Positions 1-15,013 of a stretch of DNA of 64,000 nt are shown here, in pieces (the first letter of the stretch is position 1; each line of letters begins with the position of its first letter). Made by a program: the position numbers and the translations under genes. This stretch comes from Schmidtea polychroa (Eukaryota), in assembly GCA_044892525.1 (NCBI GenBank), contig CM097887.1:21576001-21640000 (forward strand). The letters are read 5' to 3'. The notes under the pieces were generated by a model. That model saw nothing but the letters and a program-made list of their open reading frames with translations. It had not been told where the DNA came from and ran no database searches.

Positions 1-866
1 TCAATCCTAATTATCTTTATTAATTTTCGATATGTAAAATCAAATTTCCATTAGATACAAAACACATGGTGTCAGGATTGCAAAATTATAATTTTAATTT
101 TGACTCTATTTGTAACATCAAACATGATCTGTAATCCAAATTTTATTATCTTCTCAGTGGTGCTAAAAAATTTTCTAATAATTGTTATTTACAAAGTTAT
201 TAATGAAAATGTTGTATTGGTGCTAAAATTTTGACAACGTTATTTCAACAATTTCAAATTAAAAATTTAATTTTGATATTATTTCCAAGTTCAAAGATAA
301 TTTTAATTGTAAAAAAGTCTTATTGAGCCTAATGACGTTGTCGAACTCATTTACGAAAATGACGGTAAGCCACTCCAATGCACGTGACATTACACTCATT
401 ACAAGGTAAACGATATTCGAGATCAAAATGTAGACAACTCAAATTTATTACTGAACATATTATGAATTTTACAAGTCTTTGAAAATTTTAAAATTAAAAT
501 TTCCAATAATTTTTATAACCATCAGACAACGGTTACAACTATTCAACAAAACACTTTCATTTATTTTATCAAATTTAGAATTATTAATCTTAGCATTTGA
601 ACATCCTCAATCATGTCTCTTGAAATACTTTCTATATTAATTAATGGAATAAGGCAGCGGTTTATGCTTCCTTTATGCTACCGCGCCTCCCTCAAAAAAA
701 TTTTTTTCTTGGCGCCTCCCCATCTTTTTTTAATATATATAATAATATAAACACGTTTTAAACAATAATAACTTTATTACAAAAAAATTTAAACTACAAT
801 TAACAGAATAAAAACAAGGTTTTGCTATAACATACGAACATGTATATTTATTTGTATATTAAATTA

Positions 867-920
867 CTAGATAACCCTACTTCGCTAGCGCCCATTTTGC
901 TTAAATCGTCGGTCGCGTGG
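867..920 (-). mobile_element. Possible Helitron 3' terminus
   Basis: GC-rich palindrome CGCTAGCG about 15 nt before CTAG-T on the minus strand; lies where the adjacent Gypsy fragment is cut off. Confidence 0.3.
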
Positions 921-929
921 GGTCTTTAA

Positions 930-2190
930 AGGCCCGCTAAAGAATCACAAATACCCATACTAAAAAGTATTCTAAAAAACAAAAATAATAATAAAACCCA
1001 AAACCAAACAGAACTAATAATAGACATGGTTTTAGTAAAGAAACCCTTCACTAGCGGATTTGAAACAAAGTACGAAGGCCCATACAAACTGTTAAATATG
1101 TATAAAAACGTTGGCACAATTTTAAAAGACAATAAACAAATCAAAATAAACATACGCAGATTAAAACCATATCACGAAAACAAAACACCCACTCTTAACA
1201 ATCACCATAAACTAAACCCTCAAAACAACCACCCAAAGTACAAAACTCAAGAACGAACAGAAATACAGACAAACCAGAAACACATCAGATTCAGCGAAAA
1301 AGACTTAACAAAAATTTTCGACAATAACACAACAATCACACCAGAATACAAAAAGCGTTATAGCGATTGCCTCAAATAAATAACACATGCACCCACAAGA
1401 TTTAGTTGTACAATTTTTATAATGTGCTGGTTGTAAAACACAAAACAAAAACACAACTAAATCATCACAAAACACAACAACATATGTTTTATCTTATCTC
1501 TGTAAATATGTAAAGCTGTTTAAATGTTAACCTCCGGTTTTAAAGGGGGAAGTTCTGTAATGTATTGTAATTATTTATTTTTTTGGTTTTGTTAATCGTA
1601 TGGTATGAATGCAAATAACAATTCTGCACGTTGCACGTGGAGGTTTTTTATTTTATTTTTAAAAAAAAACAAACTATATAGTGATAATTTACCATAGTAA
1701 ATTATCACTATAGAAAAAAATTAAAAAATTAAAAAAAATCGATAGTTCAAGATTAATACCATGATAATTATGATTTTTCCTGAATATGCCTAATTAACAA
1801 TATATCCTCGACGAATTTGACGAACCGCTGGAAATCTTTTCTGTTTAAATATTTGAAAGAAACTCCATAGATCGTTTGAACAAAAAGCGAATTGAAAACC
1901 TTCCCCAATCTCGACCATTCCAATCAACCTAATCTCGGAATTAATCTCGGAAACAAAGTGTTAATTTCTGAAGTAGTATTATTTTTTGTTTTGTTTAATA
2001 AAAGTTGTGATACTATAATTACTATTGTTAAATATTAATTTTGTTTTTTTACTTATTATTGTCGCATAACAAAACACAGCCTGCACCCCGATTGTCCCGC
2101 CACAAGTTTTAACGGAGACTCTTTCGGGCACATCAATTTTCTTATTAAATAACAAAACTACGAAACTAACAAATAACATACAACTTAACA
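930..2190 (+). mobile_element. Truncated Gypsy 3' end: integrase GPY/F tail, PPT (1542-1552), 3' LTR 1556-2190 (TGT..ACA)
   Basis: MVLVKK..KYEGPY..NIRRLKPY; AAAGGGGGAAG precedes TGTAAT; LTR ends TTAACA. Confidence 0.75.
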
Positions 2191-5100
2191 TATATAGTTA
2201 TAAATATCTTGATGTTTAAAGGTAAAGAATGCCTGGAATTTGACATTTCTTCTTATTGTGTAAGAGTTTAAATTTTGTGTTTTTTTATTTAGTAATTTTA
2301 AACTTGAAGTGCTAAAAATGACAAAATAATAATTATGGTATGAAAATTATTTTTTTACTTAAAAGTTTTGGTGCCTACCCTGGGAGTCGCGCCTTCCGGG
2401 TTGGAAACCACTGGAACAAGGGAATTAAATATATCAAGATGATATTATGTCATCAATTACATACAACTTAATAATACGCTTATCAACATTTGCACACATT
2501 ATTCGATTTAAGAAAGACTTAAAATATCTATCAGCATGTAGTAATTTAATCATCTTGTCTATACTATTAATAGAAAACAATATTTTAAAGCACATTAAAT
2601 TGCGAGATATTTGAGATTCTGATGCTAGAAAGGAGTGTGTATTGCATAGTGGTTTTCAATCTTTTTACTCGTGGCATAATTGTATATATTTGTAATTGTT
2701 TTTAAAGAAAAATATTGTCTGTATTATTTTATCGCATAATTACACATTTTTTGTATTACGTACATTTTTTTGTATATTGTATATATAAAACCTATTTTTT
2801 TTAATTTTCTATAATATAACTATTTAAATTTTTGTCTAAAATCAATACATAATACTTACGTATGGGGTGGCGGTTTTGTCGGCGGCGGTATTGTCGATCT
2901 ATCAAATTTTCATATTTCTTATTTACTTAATTCACTAAAATAAAATATTATTCAATAGTATTTTTTACAATTGATATATGACATGTGTTACTTTCTGATA
3001 TTTCCATATGATGCCACTTAAAGTCTTGAAAATTATCTGACAAGTAATATATAAAACTATAGTTTTAAACTGTTTTCTAAATTGTCTCTCAGCTAAACAC
3101 ATGTGTAAAATTTGATTGACTGATCTGTGAGAGATTATTTTCAAGAGCAATATATGCTCAGAAAAATAATAATATATGTTTCTTCAGTAAAATAGCGAAC
3201 AATATTTCTTTTGTAATTTCGTTCGAATCAAATCATTTTTAATTAAATTATCTTTAGTATATCTACAGTTCATATACAGTAAATTCTTGATGTTTCATAC
3301 TCTATTCAATAAAATTTGATAACTGCGATTCCTTTTTTCATTGAGTTTAAAAAAATTGATTCACTCACTGTCAAATTTTTATTAAAGATTAATACATTAA
3401 TTCATACGAGAATTTTAATGTATGAACCTGAAAAGATCATTTGATTAAAATCAATATGTACAGATAGTGTACAGATATTATCTCTAGTTCTAGAAACTCT
3501 TAGAGTACAGAATAACCGGAGTTTTAATATAATAAATAGGAAACTGAATTCGAAATCATGATAGAACTAATCTGTACAATGGATTAAGGAGCTTGATGTT
3601 TAAAATGATTGCTGGTTTTCTTTGTATTAACCACTTCTGTGGTCAACCTCTTGGAAAAAAGTGCTACGAAATATTAAATTACGATACGTGTCACTCAATG
3701 CGCGCGATGCGTTCTCTAGACTGGTATGGGAATGACCCGAGCTGCTCTCGAGCAAATCGCTATAAAAATTTTTGTATACCATTGGCCCGAATCCAGTTCG
3801 CGCAAATAGTTGTGTCAGCAAAATACCTACCCGAATTGTGTTCGGGCAAATCACACAAGGAGTTGATAATGATAGTCGACATGTTAAAAAATGAACAAGA
3901 ACAATAAATAATTCGAGTGTTTCTTCTTTCTTGGGTTTTCTTTACTGATTCTTTCTATCACATATGGCTACATAGTTACCGTATTTTCCAGCATATAGCC
4001 CTTAAAAGCGAATATCTCGCACTCTCATACCCCACGGGTTTTTAAGTTTTTTGTAATAAAGGTTTGATATAACCCACTGGCTATANNNNNNNNNNNNNNN
4101 NNNNNNNNNNNNNNNNNNNNNNNNNNNNNNNNNNNNNNNNNNNNNNNNNNNNNNNNNNNNNNNNNNNNNNNNNNNNNNNNNNNNNNNNNNNNNNNNNNNN
4201 NNNNNNNNNNNNNTGATTTCTTTTCAATTGACATTGTATTTTTTTAAAAATTTGATTATGAATCAGTAAAAATATCGATGTATATTTCATATTCACTGCC
4301 TTTTACATACGGACTTTATGAGTAAACTATAAATTTATCCTTTTTAATTTTTTTGATGGGTATTATATTATTAATCAAATATTATGATACAAGAATACTA
4401 GTGAGTAAAATCTCACAAATTTTTTTATTATATTTTATTTTTATTGCTCCTAAAATGATTTTAAAATGGTAAGTTTTTTTACCTTTTTACACAGGAGACC
4501 GTATCTTACCGTGAAAAGAAATCGTGACAAATAGTCGAAAACCGTATTTATCATATTTCATTATATTTAAGCGACTAATACCAGGGGCTTCCATTTTATG
4601 TGTTAGATATGTTTATTTGTGTTTATAGGCAAGTTTAAACTTGCCTGTCATTTTATTTTTCAAGTATGAATCTGGCAGTAATTGTTCTTATTTCATAGTG
4701 GGTACATGAACCGTACCATTCCAAAAAACGTCTGTCTTATAGGCATATTTAATAGGAAAATATCACGTCGCGAAAATGTTAATAATTATTGGATACGTTT
4801 AATTTGTGAAGCTTTGTTGATAAGATAATTGATTCCGAAAATTAATGTGCATAATTAGTAGTTATAGATATTGCAAATTTATTATCGAATTATGTTTGTT
4901 AGAGATATCTGAAGAAAATAAAGTTTTTTGTCACATAATACAATTATTTAAGTTTACAATCTTTTTCAACAAATTGAATTTTTACAATAAAATGTAAAAT
5001 GATCTGCTGTTCCTGAATATGACTTAAATTTGCGATTTACTGACAGTTGGTCTAGAGGGATAGAGTTATTAGCTTTAAGTTCCAAATAAATGTGGATTAT

Positions 5101-6534
5101 AAAAATAAACTGTAATTTTTAAATATTTATTTTTGGACAATATCCAACTGAACACATACATTTTGGATTTTTGGAATGTGTGGACTGAATTTTTAGTATA
5201 TATCAAATAATGATGATGGAAATTTTTTCTTAGCAAATATAAAACTGAATATAAACTGTCTGAACTACCTTTATCAAGTTTGCAGGTGCTTGGAAAAATC
5301 AGTTTCTAAAATTTTCGAAAAATCATATAAACCAGAATAAATCGAACATAAATACACTACGTTGCATTTGATAAAAATAGTTTAGTATAAAAAGAAAAAA
5401 TAATAAATTATATAGAATACATGTATGCTAAAAATACATTAGTAGTTTCACAGAGAGGGTAGAAAAATTAATGAAATATTCAAACACGATGAGTGCATTT
5501 TTTATAATAAATCAAACCTGCAAACAATCGATAAGATCCCCTCATTTTAAAGAAATTATTTTGTTACACTTTTTTTGTAGTGCTTACTAAAACTCGCCGA
5601 TATTTAATATTAAATTGCATATTAATTTTGATACGAGTGTAATTTGTTTTAATAATTTCCAATAAAAAAACATGTCTTTACACAATAATGATCCACTTTA
5701 CTAACAACAACTTAAAGTCAAATTCAATCAACAACATCGAGCAGAATATCAATTAATGCGTAAATGTCTATGCGAATTTTGTGATCGAAGCTGTGAATAT
5801 AATCTCAAATATTTCTGGAAGTTTTATGATCGAAGTTTTCAAATAAAATTTCAAACAAATATTAAAAAATCATTTACATCATATTAAAAAATATCTTACA
5901 AAATCTTAGATAAAATAGTAAATTATGGGCGATTGGGTCTATAAATTTTGATATTTATTTAATAAATTTATAAATTAAAAATAACTTGGATTTTTAAAAA
6001 TAATTTTGCCATTTAAAATCCACATAAATAATTTAAAATGTGAAATTTCCATAATTTCTTACAAAATCTGCCAACACACCATCAAATGTTTATCAAATGC
6101 AACTCGATGTAGTGTTTAATCAATTTTTATTAAAGAAAAGTACATACAAAATACATTCACTAATTGTTTTCAATATTGGTGTCGTTAACTTTATAAATAT
6201 TTTAAAAGGATATTTCAAACTTTAATTTACTCTTTGAAATAATTTAAGCTATTATTATAAAAATAATCCAAATCTATCTGTCGTCTAAAAATAGTTTCAC
6301 TTTGCAATACATGTTTTGCTGGCTCTGGAAATTATTTTTCATCCACTTTAAATTTCGATTTGATTTATTAAAATAATGGGTTCTGATAAATAAAATTGGC
6401 ATTTAGAAATTGCGGTTTTTACACAAATATCAAATAATTGTATTTATTTTGTTTTTAAATTAGTTAATTTTACAAACAAATCATTTTCATATAAATGTTG
6501 ACATTCATAGTAATATTCTTTTATTTTATCCAAT

Positions 6535-7141
6535 CAGGGGTTCCAAAATTAAGGCCCGCGCAATAGTTTTTTATGGCCCATTCAAATACAAATAACTAAA
6601 ATTAAAAATATCTTTAGAAAAATTTAAAATAAACTAAGAATTTGTTTTTACATTTTTTTAAAAAATATTTTTAAAAACACTACAAGCTTAAATATATTAT
6701 ATTACTATATTTAAAATTTTAAATCTAGGCGTCTGTTAACTTCCTTACGTTGCATAAGATTTATTTTTTGTTAAACTCGCAAAAAATATTTCTCAGAACT
6801 TTGAAAATTTTTTTTGACTATAAAACGTTTTTTTCCTATGATAACAACCAAGTAAGCTGAGTCGTGAGGAGTAAGGAGAGTCGTGAATCATAATGTTTAT
6901 TTAAATTCGTCGTCTATTTATAGATGTGATTATCCAATCACATTTGACTTCTGATGGAACGATAACCAATAATCTTAAAGGGGTAATAATGATGGGACCG
7001 ATTAGGAAACTAACTTTAAATTAATGATTAGTTATGTTAAACCTCTAATTGGTTCCAACAGTAATATATACAATATTGAAAACTTTGAACTCATGAAAAA
7101 ATTTTATGTAGCCCTCTTCTTAAAAACACTGGAGACCTCTG
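6535..7141. mobile_element. Older hAT-type MITE
   Basis: Imperfect TIR CAGGGGTTCC / CAGAGGTCTCC; TSD not matched. Confidence 0.5.
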
Positions 7142-7730
7142 ACTTAGATGATTATTAAACAATTACCATAATTTTCTTTAATCTACCAAAAAGATTAGTT
7201 CATACAATTTAACAATTCTGATTTTAATTTCTTCGAAACAAGATTCTTTTTAATAGTCACTTTTTCAGAAATGTAATTCATGTATAATGTTTTCTTTTAC
7301 TTTTCCTTGATTAACGACTTATGTAGCTTTCTATTTCTTCGACTGAAATGTTAAGTTAACCAGCTATTATGAAGATTTGGGATAGAACAGCTAAATTCAG
7401 CTTGTTTTCACTAACAAGAAATTCTTTGGAATCAGCAATATCCACATTTCGATTCATTTTATTATTATTTATAAACTTTGCCACGAATCAAAATTAAATC
7501 AAAATGTAGGGTATTTATTTTAAATATCACAATTTTCAATTTATTTTAACATATTTGTCCGGCATTAATTCAAATTTAGTAAATTTCAGAGTTTATTTCA
7601 TTGATTATTCAGGTGTCTCTTCGATTAATTTCCAGTATTTGAAATGCATTGCTTAGCATTAATTCCAGTAAATTTAAGATTTCAGATTTGTATATATTCT
7701 TGTACATATTTATATTGTATTCATATAAAC

Positions 7731-8454
7731 CAGGGGTGGGCAAACTTTTCTATAAAGGGCCACATAGAAAACTTGATTGTTATCGGGGGCCGCATATATA
7801 TTTTGTCTACTACTTTACTTTAGTTACAATTTTTACAACTTATGAAAATATGAATTGATGAGAATAGTCATGTATTTGTCAGTTTATTTCACATTCCCAC
7901 TCTATTACAAATGCACATTACATTTTCAAATAGGAACTAAACGAATTGCTAATTTGGGAATAAGATTTTACTATTCATAATTATTCCAACAAAAGTTTAT
8001 TGTTACACATCATAATAATTATGAAGACAAAGAAACTTAATTTACATACAGGCCGACCACAATGTACAAATATAATTAATGAGAAGTATGTAACTGTTCA
8101 CAATTTTGAATAATTTTCTTGAACTGTGGAACCAGTTTACTGGTTGTGATTCGCATAACTGTATTTAAATTGCAGTCAGTCAACATCGATCTGTTCTTAG
8201 ACTTATTTATTTTCATACAAGAAAAGCAGTTTCAATGTTAACTAGTAATGACCAGTAATTAATAATATTCTGGAGCCATAAAATCGATTTAATATCCATA
8301 AATTCGAATCAAAGCAATAAGAAATACATTTCAAAAATATAAGCAAAACTGCAAGTCTAAGCTCCAAACAAAAAAATTAATTTCGCATAGGATCGCCACA
8401 TGTACATGCATACGGGCCGCATGCGGCCCGCGGGCCGTAGTTTGCCCACCCCTG
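7731..8454. mobile_element. hAT (Charlie-type) MITE
   Basis: TIR CAGGGGTGGGCAAACT and a perfect 8-bp TSD ATATAAAC. Confidence 0.93.
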
Positions 8455-8789
8455 ATATAAACTATTTCAATATTGTTTGCCAGTTTTTAAGAAGCTATCT
8501 CTTTTTAAATTTCCCATCGACCTAACTAAGAAAGCAAATGTGACATCATTTCCTCTATATTTCTTTAAATAAAATTTAAATTAAAACATTAAATTAAAAA
8601 TAGACATTTTATTGACTGTTAAACTACCAGCACAGTTACATATTTCTGCTCCTGTATTTCCCAAATTTATCATGAGTATCATATGTAACAAACACTCTCA
8701 CTTCCTAAAATGCCTACTGTAACCATAAATTTAAGCTTGCATTTGACTTTTACAACCTCTCTGACTATGCATTTGTCAAGAAATTATAA

Positions 8790-9148
8790 GGGGCCATTGC
8801 ATAATTAAGTCACGCCAAAAATGACCATTTTTGACCCATTCTGTCACATTTCTGTTGATCAACTCCCCACCCCACCCCATAGTGACGTCATTTTATTGTT
8901 CACGAAATGAGGGTAGCCTATTGGTACCATACGGTCCTCTAGACTGATTGGGAGCTTGCTGTAGCAGCAATAATTGTTAGTCATCGTTGTCTAGTCAAAG
9001 TATCAACATCATTGTAGCATAGTAGCAGAGGAAGATTGTTGCAATAATAATTCTTGTGGTCCATAAAATACAACTAGCGTGACGTCACATTCAGCTAAAC
9101 TCATCTACCCACCCACTCTCGAGCATGACGTAATTATGCAATGACCCC
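8790..9148. mobile_element. PIF/Harbinger-type MITE
   Basis: TIR GGGG(C/T)CATTGCATAATTA and TAA on both sides. Confidence 0.88.
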
Positions 9149-9784
9149 TAATGTCACTTCGAAACAAAGTTTCAAAGAAACTTAATATTTTTTGAAAAAT
9201 AATTTTAAAAATTAATTGCAAATTGAAATAAACTGTCCCATTAATATAAATACAATAAAACATCTCTAATTCGCAAACTCAAAATTTTTACTACAATTTT
9301 TTTTGTTTATTGTTACTTTTTTTGACAAACACCTCTCTAAACCGCAACCTCTTCAACTCGGGAAAAAAGTTTTGAAAATGACCTTTCTGTTGTGCATTTA
9401 TTAATTAAAATTTTTCATTTTACAGGCTTGAAAATGGTCCCCCCCTTTGCCTGCCAAGTATTTGCGGGTCCATAGTTACGCTACTAAGGCTTATTTTAAT
9501 AAAATTAATTAAAATGTTTCATTTTTTACATAATAAAATTACATACCTTGTCAAAACACTTTATAAATTTACATAATATAGTGACATTGTCTTCATAATA
9601 TTTACTCAAAAATAATAAAAGTGAAGAAAGAAGGAACCATCCACAAAATGTCATATGCGGGACACAATATGTGGTCAGATATCAGAAAAGGTTAATTAAA
9701 TTTCGGGATCCTGGGATTGAAAGATTTCCGATCCCGAAATCCCGGGATTTCTAAAACGTCGGGATTTGATTTCCATACTATGTA

Positions 9785-10350
9785 CCGTATATACTCGCGT
9801 ATAAGTCGAAGAAAAATAGAAAAATTAAGATATTTATTGTACAAAATATTTACATCTTAAAAAGTGCATTGTAGAACTCATTTGAAACATCTCCAACATG
9901 GTCATCGGTGTAATCATTATCCTCAGATTGCGCATTATCATCTGCCAGATCACCTGCATTATCTACAAATAAAGGATCATCTTCTGATCCATCCTTAGCA
10001 TTACTGATGCCGCATTTCAGGAATGAATATTTGATCATAGATTCCGGAATTGATTCTACCTCTCGTAATTAAAATCCAGCTTCATAAGAATTCTGACTTC
10101 GTTTCATTTTTGCACTGCTCTGCACCTTTTTGTTCAGTTTTTGATAAAATCAACATGATTGGAAATAATATTTTGTCAAGTTTATTATTTGTTCATTAAT
10201 GATGCTTGAAAATATTGATAAATTACAATCTTAATTATTATTTCATGAAAAAATTACTATATACCGTATATACTCGCGTATAAGTCGAGTATATTTTAAG
10301 AAGTTTTCAAGTCCTAAATTGGAAACCCGCGTATAAGTCGAAGTAACAAA
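9785..10350 (-). mobile_element. pogo-type transposon remnants with two TIR copies
   Basis: TA-CCGTATATACTCGCGTATAAGTCGA at 9785 and 10264; IKYSFLKCGISNAKDGSEDD resembles the DDE_1 C-terminus. Confidence 0.75.
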
Positions 10351-12702
10351 AATAAAAAAAGGTTTAATGATTTCATTAAAAATTAATTTGTACTTTTTTG
10401 ACCCGCGTGTAAATCGAAATATTTAATCATTATTTTCCAATGCGAATTGCTGCTAAACCATAATAATATATGTATATATTATTTCAGCCATGTAATGAAT
10501 CTTTCCTAGAATATGTAAACCATTTACGGCAGTAAATAGGTGGGCAATGTGATATAATTTCTATAACTTTGCTTCTTTAAATACAATATTTCATTGAAAT
10601 TAAAATTGTTTTTCCTTATTAAACGGAGAGGGGGCAGGCGGTAATTTTATAGTTCGCCCCGGGCGCAAAACATATCTACGCCTCTGATATATAATTTCGG
10701 TACGCTATGCAAGCGGGAAGGATGGCAGGAGGCTATAAAGTACAAATTTACGAATGCCACCATAAACGATTATTTAAAAAAATTTGTTGATTTTTAATAT
10801 TTAAAACTTCGGTTTAAATTGATAACACATCGCAAATTTTCAATCATATAGATTCATTTTGATTTCAGGCACGCTGGGTATTTTGATCATAACTTTTATC
10901 CGTATATCGGTCAACCTGGCTATTTATCACCAATTGTTGCCGTTCAATTCATGGCTCTTAAAAAGAATACCCTTGTAATGGTGAAATGTCAATTTATTAA
11001 CATGAAATTTGAAAGTGATTTACTCAAATTCGAAATACTTGTGGATTAATGCATTAACCAATCCAATTGAGAAAAACAAAAAAAAATTATTATTACAAAT
11101 AATAACAATAAATAGTATATCTACATTTATCCAATTGAATATTAATAGGTTTATATAGTCGTTTGAGATTTGTCTTGACATTTCTATCAATTATAGTCCG
11201 TAAGTTATTTATGTGTTATTTTATTGTTTATTACAAGCTACTATTTCTATACTATTTCTCAACTGCATTTATATGACAGTCAATATTGTTACATTATGGC
11301 AAAACAATGATTCAATCAGCCTTGTTAGTGCCTCAAGAAAACTTATAATTATTGTTTTTCGAAATTATGTTTATCAAATTATCTCTCTCTCTCTCGATCT
11401 CTCTATCTCTCTTTTTATATAATCTCCTCTATTAATTCGAATCTCGTCAGGTTACATTGATAATATTATTGCATAAATATGTATATGAATATGCATATTA
11501 ATGTTTGAATATAAGTTCATTATAATTATTATTAATATTATTCTTATTGTTGTTATTGTTATTGCTGGCGTTTATTTTAGGAATTTTTATGCTTTATTGA
11601 CTAGGAAACGTTGTTCTCGAGATTCCATTTAAACTATTGTGTAATATGAGCTTTTAATGAGTTTCTAGTGTATGTACAATTTATTCATATATTCTCATTA
11701 TTTGTAACCTCGATCTTTTAACAATATGTTTTCTCAGTCAGAGAGGTTAGGTATATTGTTATTTTTGGTGTGAACAATTAAATTGGTTGGTTATGATTAG
11801 GATATTACCGTAGCACATGACAAGCACTCGTTTGATTTGAGATAAAATCAATAAATGTATGTAACAGGTTTCATTTTATGTCGTTATTTAGATGTTATTT
11901 AGTNNNNNNNNNNNNNNNNNNNNNNNNNNNNNNNNNNNNNNNNNNNNNNNNNNNNNNNNNNNNNNNNNNNNNNNNNNNNNNNNNNNNNNNNNNNNNNNNN
12001 NNNNNNNNNNNNNNNNNNNNNNNNNNNNNNNNNTGTTCGTTTTTTCATATTGATTAGTGTTATTGAAATTCAGTTTTTTAGAAAATTATTAACAGAATTA
12101 TTCTATAAATAAATTAACTGCTTTTTAGAATTTGCTAGATATTCTGCATCAGATTTTCTTTGTTGACATTTCTCGTTAAATGAAATGACAAATTTAAATA
12201 GAAATATAAATTACATATTATTTGAATTTGTTTTTTAAAGTTTAATTTTCCACTTGTTAGATGTTTTAGTATTATAGAGATTTTTAGATCATTTAACTGG
12301 AATACAAATCTAATCAATATAGAAAATGTTTAATAGTTTAGTTTTATCTTTGTATTGGAATTTTACTGATTAATTTGGAAATTATTAAAATATAGATCAA
12401 ACCCTCCTTGAAAAAATATTAAGCTAAAAATTGTTTTATTTTAAATTTATTTAAGGTAAAAAACTATGCCAATGCCATTTTAGGGTCAAAAAGTATGTCA
12501 AGGTGTTTTAAACTTTATTCTATATGAACCGTTTATTTTGATCATTTATGTTAAGCTTCTTTCAAAATATATCATTTTATTTAGCCAACTTTATTTCAAA
12601 ATGAAAAGCTTACTTAAAAATGTAATTATTTAAATTGCTGACGTCAGCCGCCGTGGAGATTGTGCGCGAAACTTATTTAAAAAATGTTCAACTGAACAAA
12701 TA

Positions 12703-13717
12703 TGTTGAGGTCCGTAAATTAAAATAAATTTAAATGAAATTTAGGTTGAAAATTTAAATAAAAATAAGTGAAGAAAAAGACAAATAAAAGCGTGATGATG
12801 CACGGAATTGATAGTAAAGGAAAGTACGATGGAAGCAGTATTAGGAAATGGAAAAAAGCAGTTATGAAAGGCAAGAATCCGGAAATACGAGAAAAATCAA
12901 TAAATTGTAAAATCATCGAAATCGAATTGGGAAAGCGGGACTGGTATAGATTAGCTAATGGTCAACAAGATGATGATTAGGGATTTATCAGAAAATTGCT
13001 AGGAAGGGTAGCATTCAAATGTGTAAAAACAGAAAACATTAAATAATTAATTAATTGGCTATTAGAAAACCTGAGATATGAAGGAAACCCGAGATGGGTA
13101 AACAAGGAGAAAAATAGACAGAAGGGAGATTTGGGCCCATTAGTTTGACACAATGATTAATTGGAAAGGAGCAAAGAGAAGATAGTGCGTGTAGAAAGGC
13201 CGGGCGGGCCATTAATTATCTGTGTTCGTTGGACAATTATGGGTGACAGCCGAAGCAGATATGTGGAAGCGAATGTCAAGCGAGAGATTGGCTCGGCAAT
13301 AACCATTTGTCATCCCGATTTCGAAGAGTATATAAGGAGTGGGAAAATTAGAGCAAATCGGCATTTTGGCTCAGTTAGGGTAAGAAGAATCGAGAATAGT
13401 CGAGAGGTAAAAACCAATTAAGGAGATTGGGGAAAAGAAGATATAGAATAGGAATACGGAAATATGAAAAAGAATCAAATCGAACAGAAAAAGAGGAAAC
13501 GTGGGTCAAGAGAATCTAGAGAAATAAAAGGTGAATATTATCTTTTGAAAGCATCAACGCCGTGCTGAGAATCGATCAAACGTAACTTTGATTATTGATT
13601 GTAAAGTGTTGAGAAAAGATTGTAAATTTTGTTATTTCAATATACGTTGGGTAGTTTTTGATTTAAAGGACACGAGAAGTTAGAAGTTACCGACTTAAAT
13701 TAACTAAAAACCCAACA
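12703..13717 (+). mobile_element. Solo LTR, family A
   Basis: TGTTG..CAACA ends, 4-bp TSD AATA, GAGTATATAAGG TATA box; long homology with 26258-27209. Confidence 0.75.
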
Positions 13718-14617
13718 AATATATAACTCTAATATTATTTCAAATAGGTCGCAAAAACGACCACACATTAACAATAAAATTTATTGTACGATTTTATTCA
13801 TTTATATAATATAAAAAATATTATTTTTATTCATTACTGTATGCATAACAATCTCTAAACTTCAATATATTATTTATTAAAAATAGAGTTTGAAGACTAT
13901 AAATCAGTAATATATCGGTGTTTGTTGATACTCACGAATTTTCGACACTGCCTTTTTCAAGTGAATTTGATCACTATTGCATTTAATAATTATATTTGGA
14001 AAAAAATAAATTTATTCGACTCTTTATATCAAAAAACTTAAACCCTCCATCAACATTCAACTAAATTCTTTATTAGATTTAAATAGAAACTAATAAAAAA
14101 TAAATGTAATTTCAAAAATCAGCCAAAAACGATTCTGAATTTAAAAATAAAAATAATATGCAATGAAAATTAAAATACTGAAAAGATAAAAATGGCATTA
14201 TTTTAGTATTTATCTATTATGTTTTTTATCCCTAGAATTACTCCTAGCGTTTTTATGATATATGAGAAATGCACAATCTTTTCGGGTGCTCAAATTATTA
14301 AAAAAATTTGATCAATTATCAAAATTCCCTAGAAATTTCCATAGTGGATGAACTATAGTTAAATGTGCAGAGCTTTTCAACAACAATAAATCTATTTGAC
14401 ATACACAAAATTGAAAGCCAATATAACACTTAATTTATTGGCTGATATAAAAAAATGTGGAAGAAAGATTTTCATATTTCGACACAATTAAAATCGAATA
14501 ACATTATTCGAAAATGCAGCGTTTCCAGATGTATAGCTTGAGCTTTGCCAATTGATAAGTACCAATAGTTTGAAAGCAGGTTTCAAAGAAAAAACTTTGG
14601 TAGAGTTTTAAAAAGGA

Positions 14618-14860
14618 ATGTCGAATCAAGGTTTTCCAAATCTCATAAACTTTACAATAAAAATGTTGTCATTTTTTTACAGCTCATATGTATGTGAGCA
14701 AACTTATTCTAAAATGAAAAATACAAAAACCGACAGCGCAAATAAACTTTTTAATTCTCAGTTGCAGGATATTTTAAGAATTACAATGCCAAAAATCGAA
14801 ACAAATATTACAGAATTGGAAATTACCATCAATCACACAACTAAAATATACTATAATTGA
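14618..14860 (+). pseudogene. hAT transposase dimerisation-domain fragment
   Basis: FPNL..SSYVCEQTYSKMK..LQDILRI pattern. Confidence 0.75.
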
Positions 14861-15013
14861 AATAAAACTTTGACCCGTATATTTTATTTTTTTGGCCAAA
14901 CGGAAAGATAAATATATTATCTGACCTTAAATAAACAATTTTTTTGCTTAATATTTAAAGGGTTTGGGCTTGACCTATATATCACGAGTTGCATTAAAAT
15001 TACAAATTTCTAT

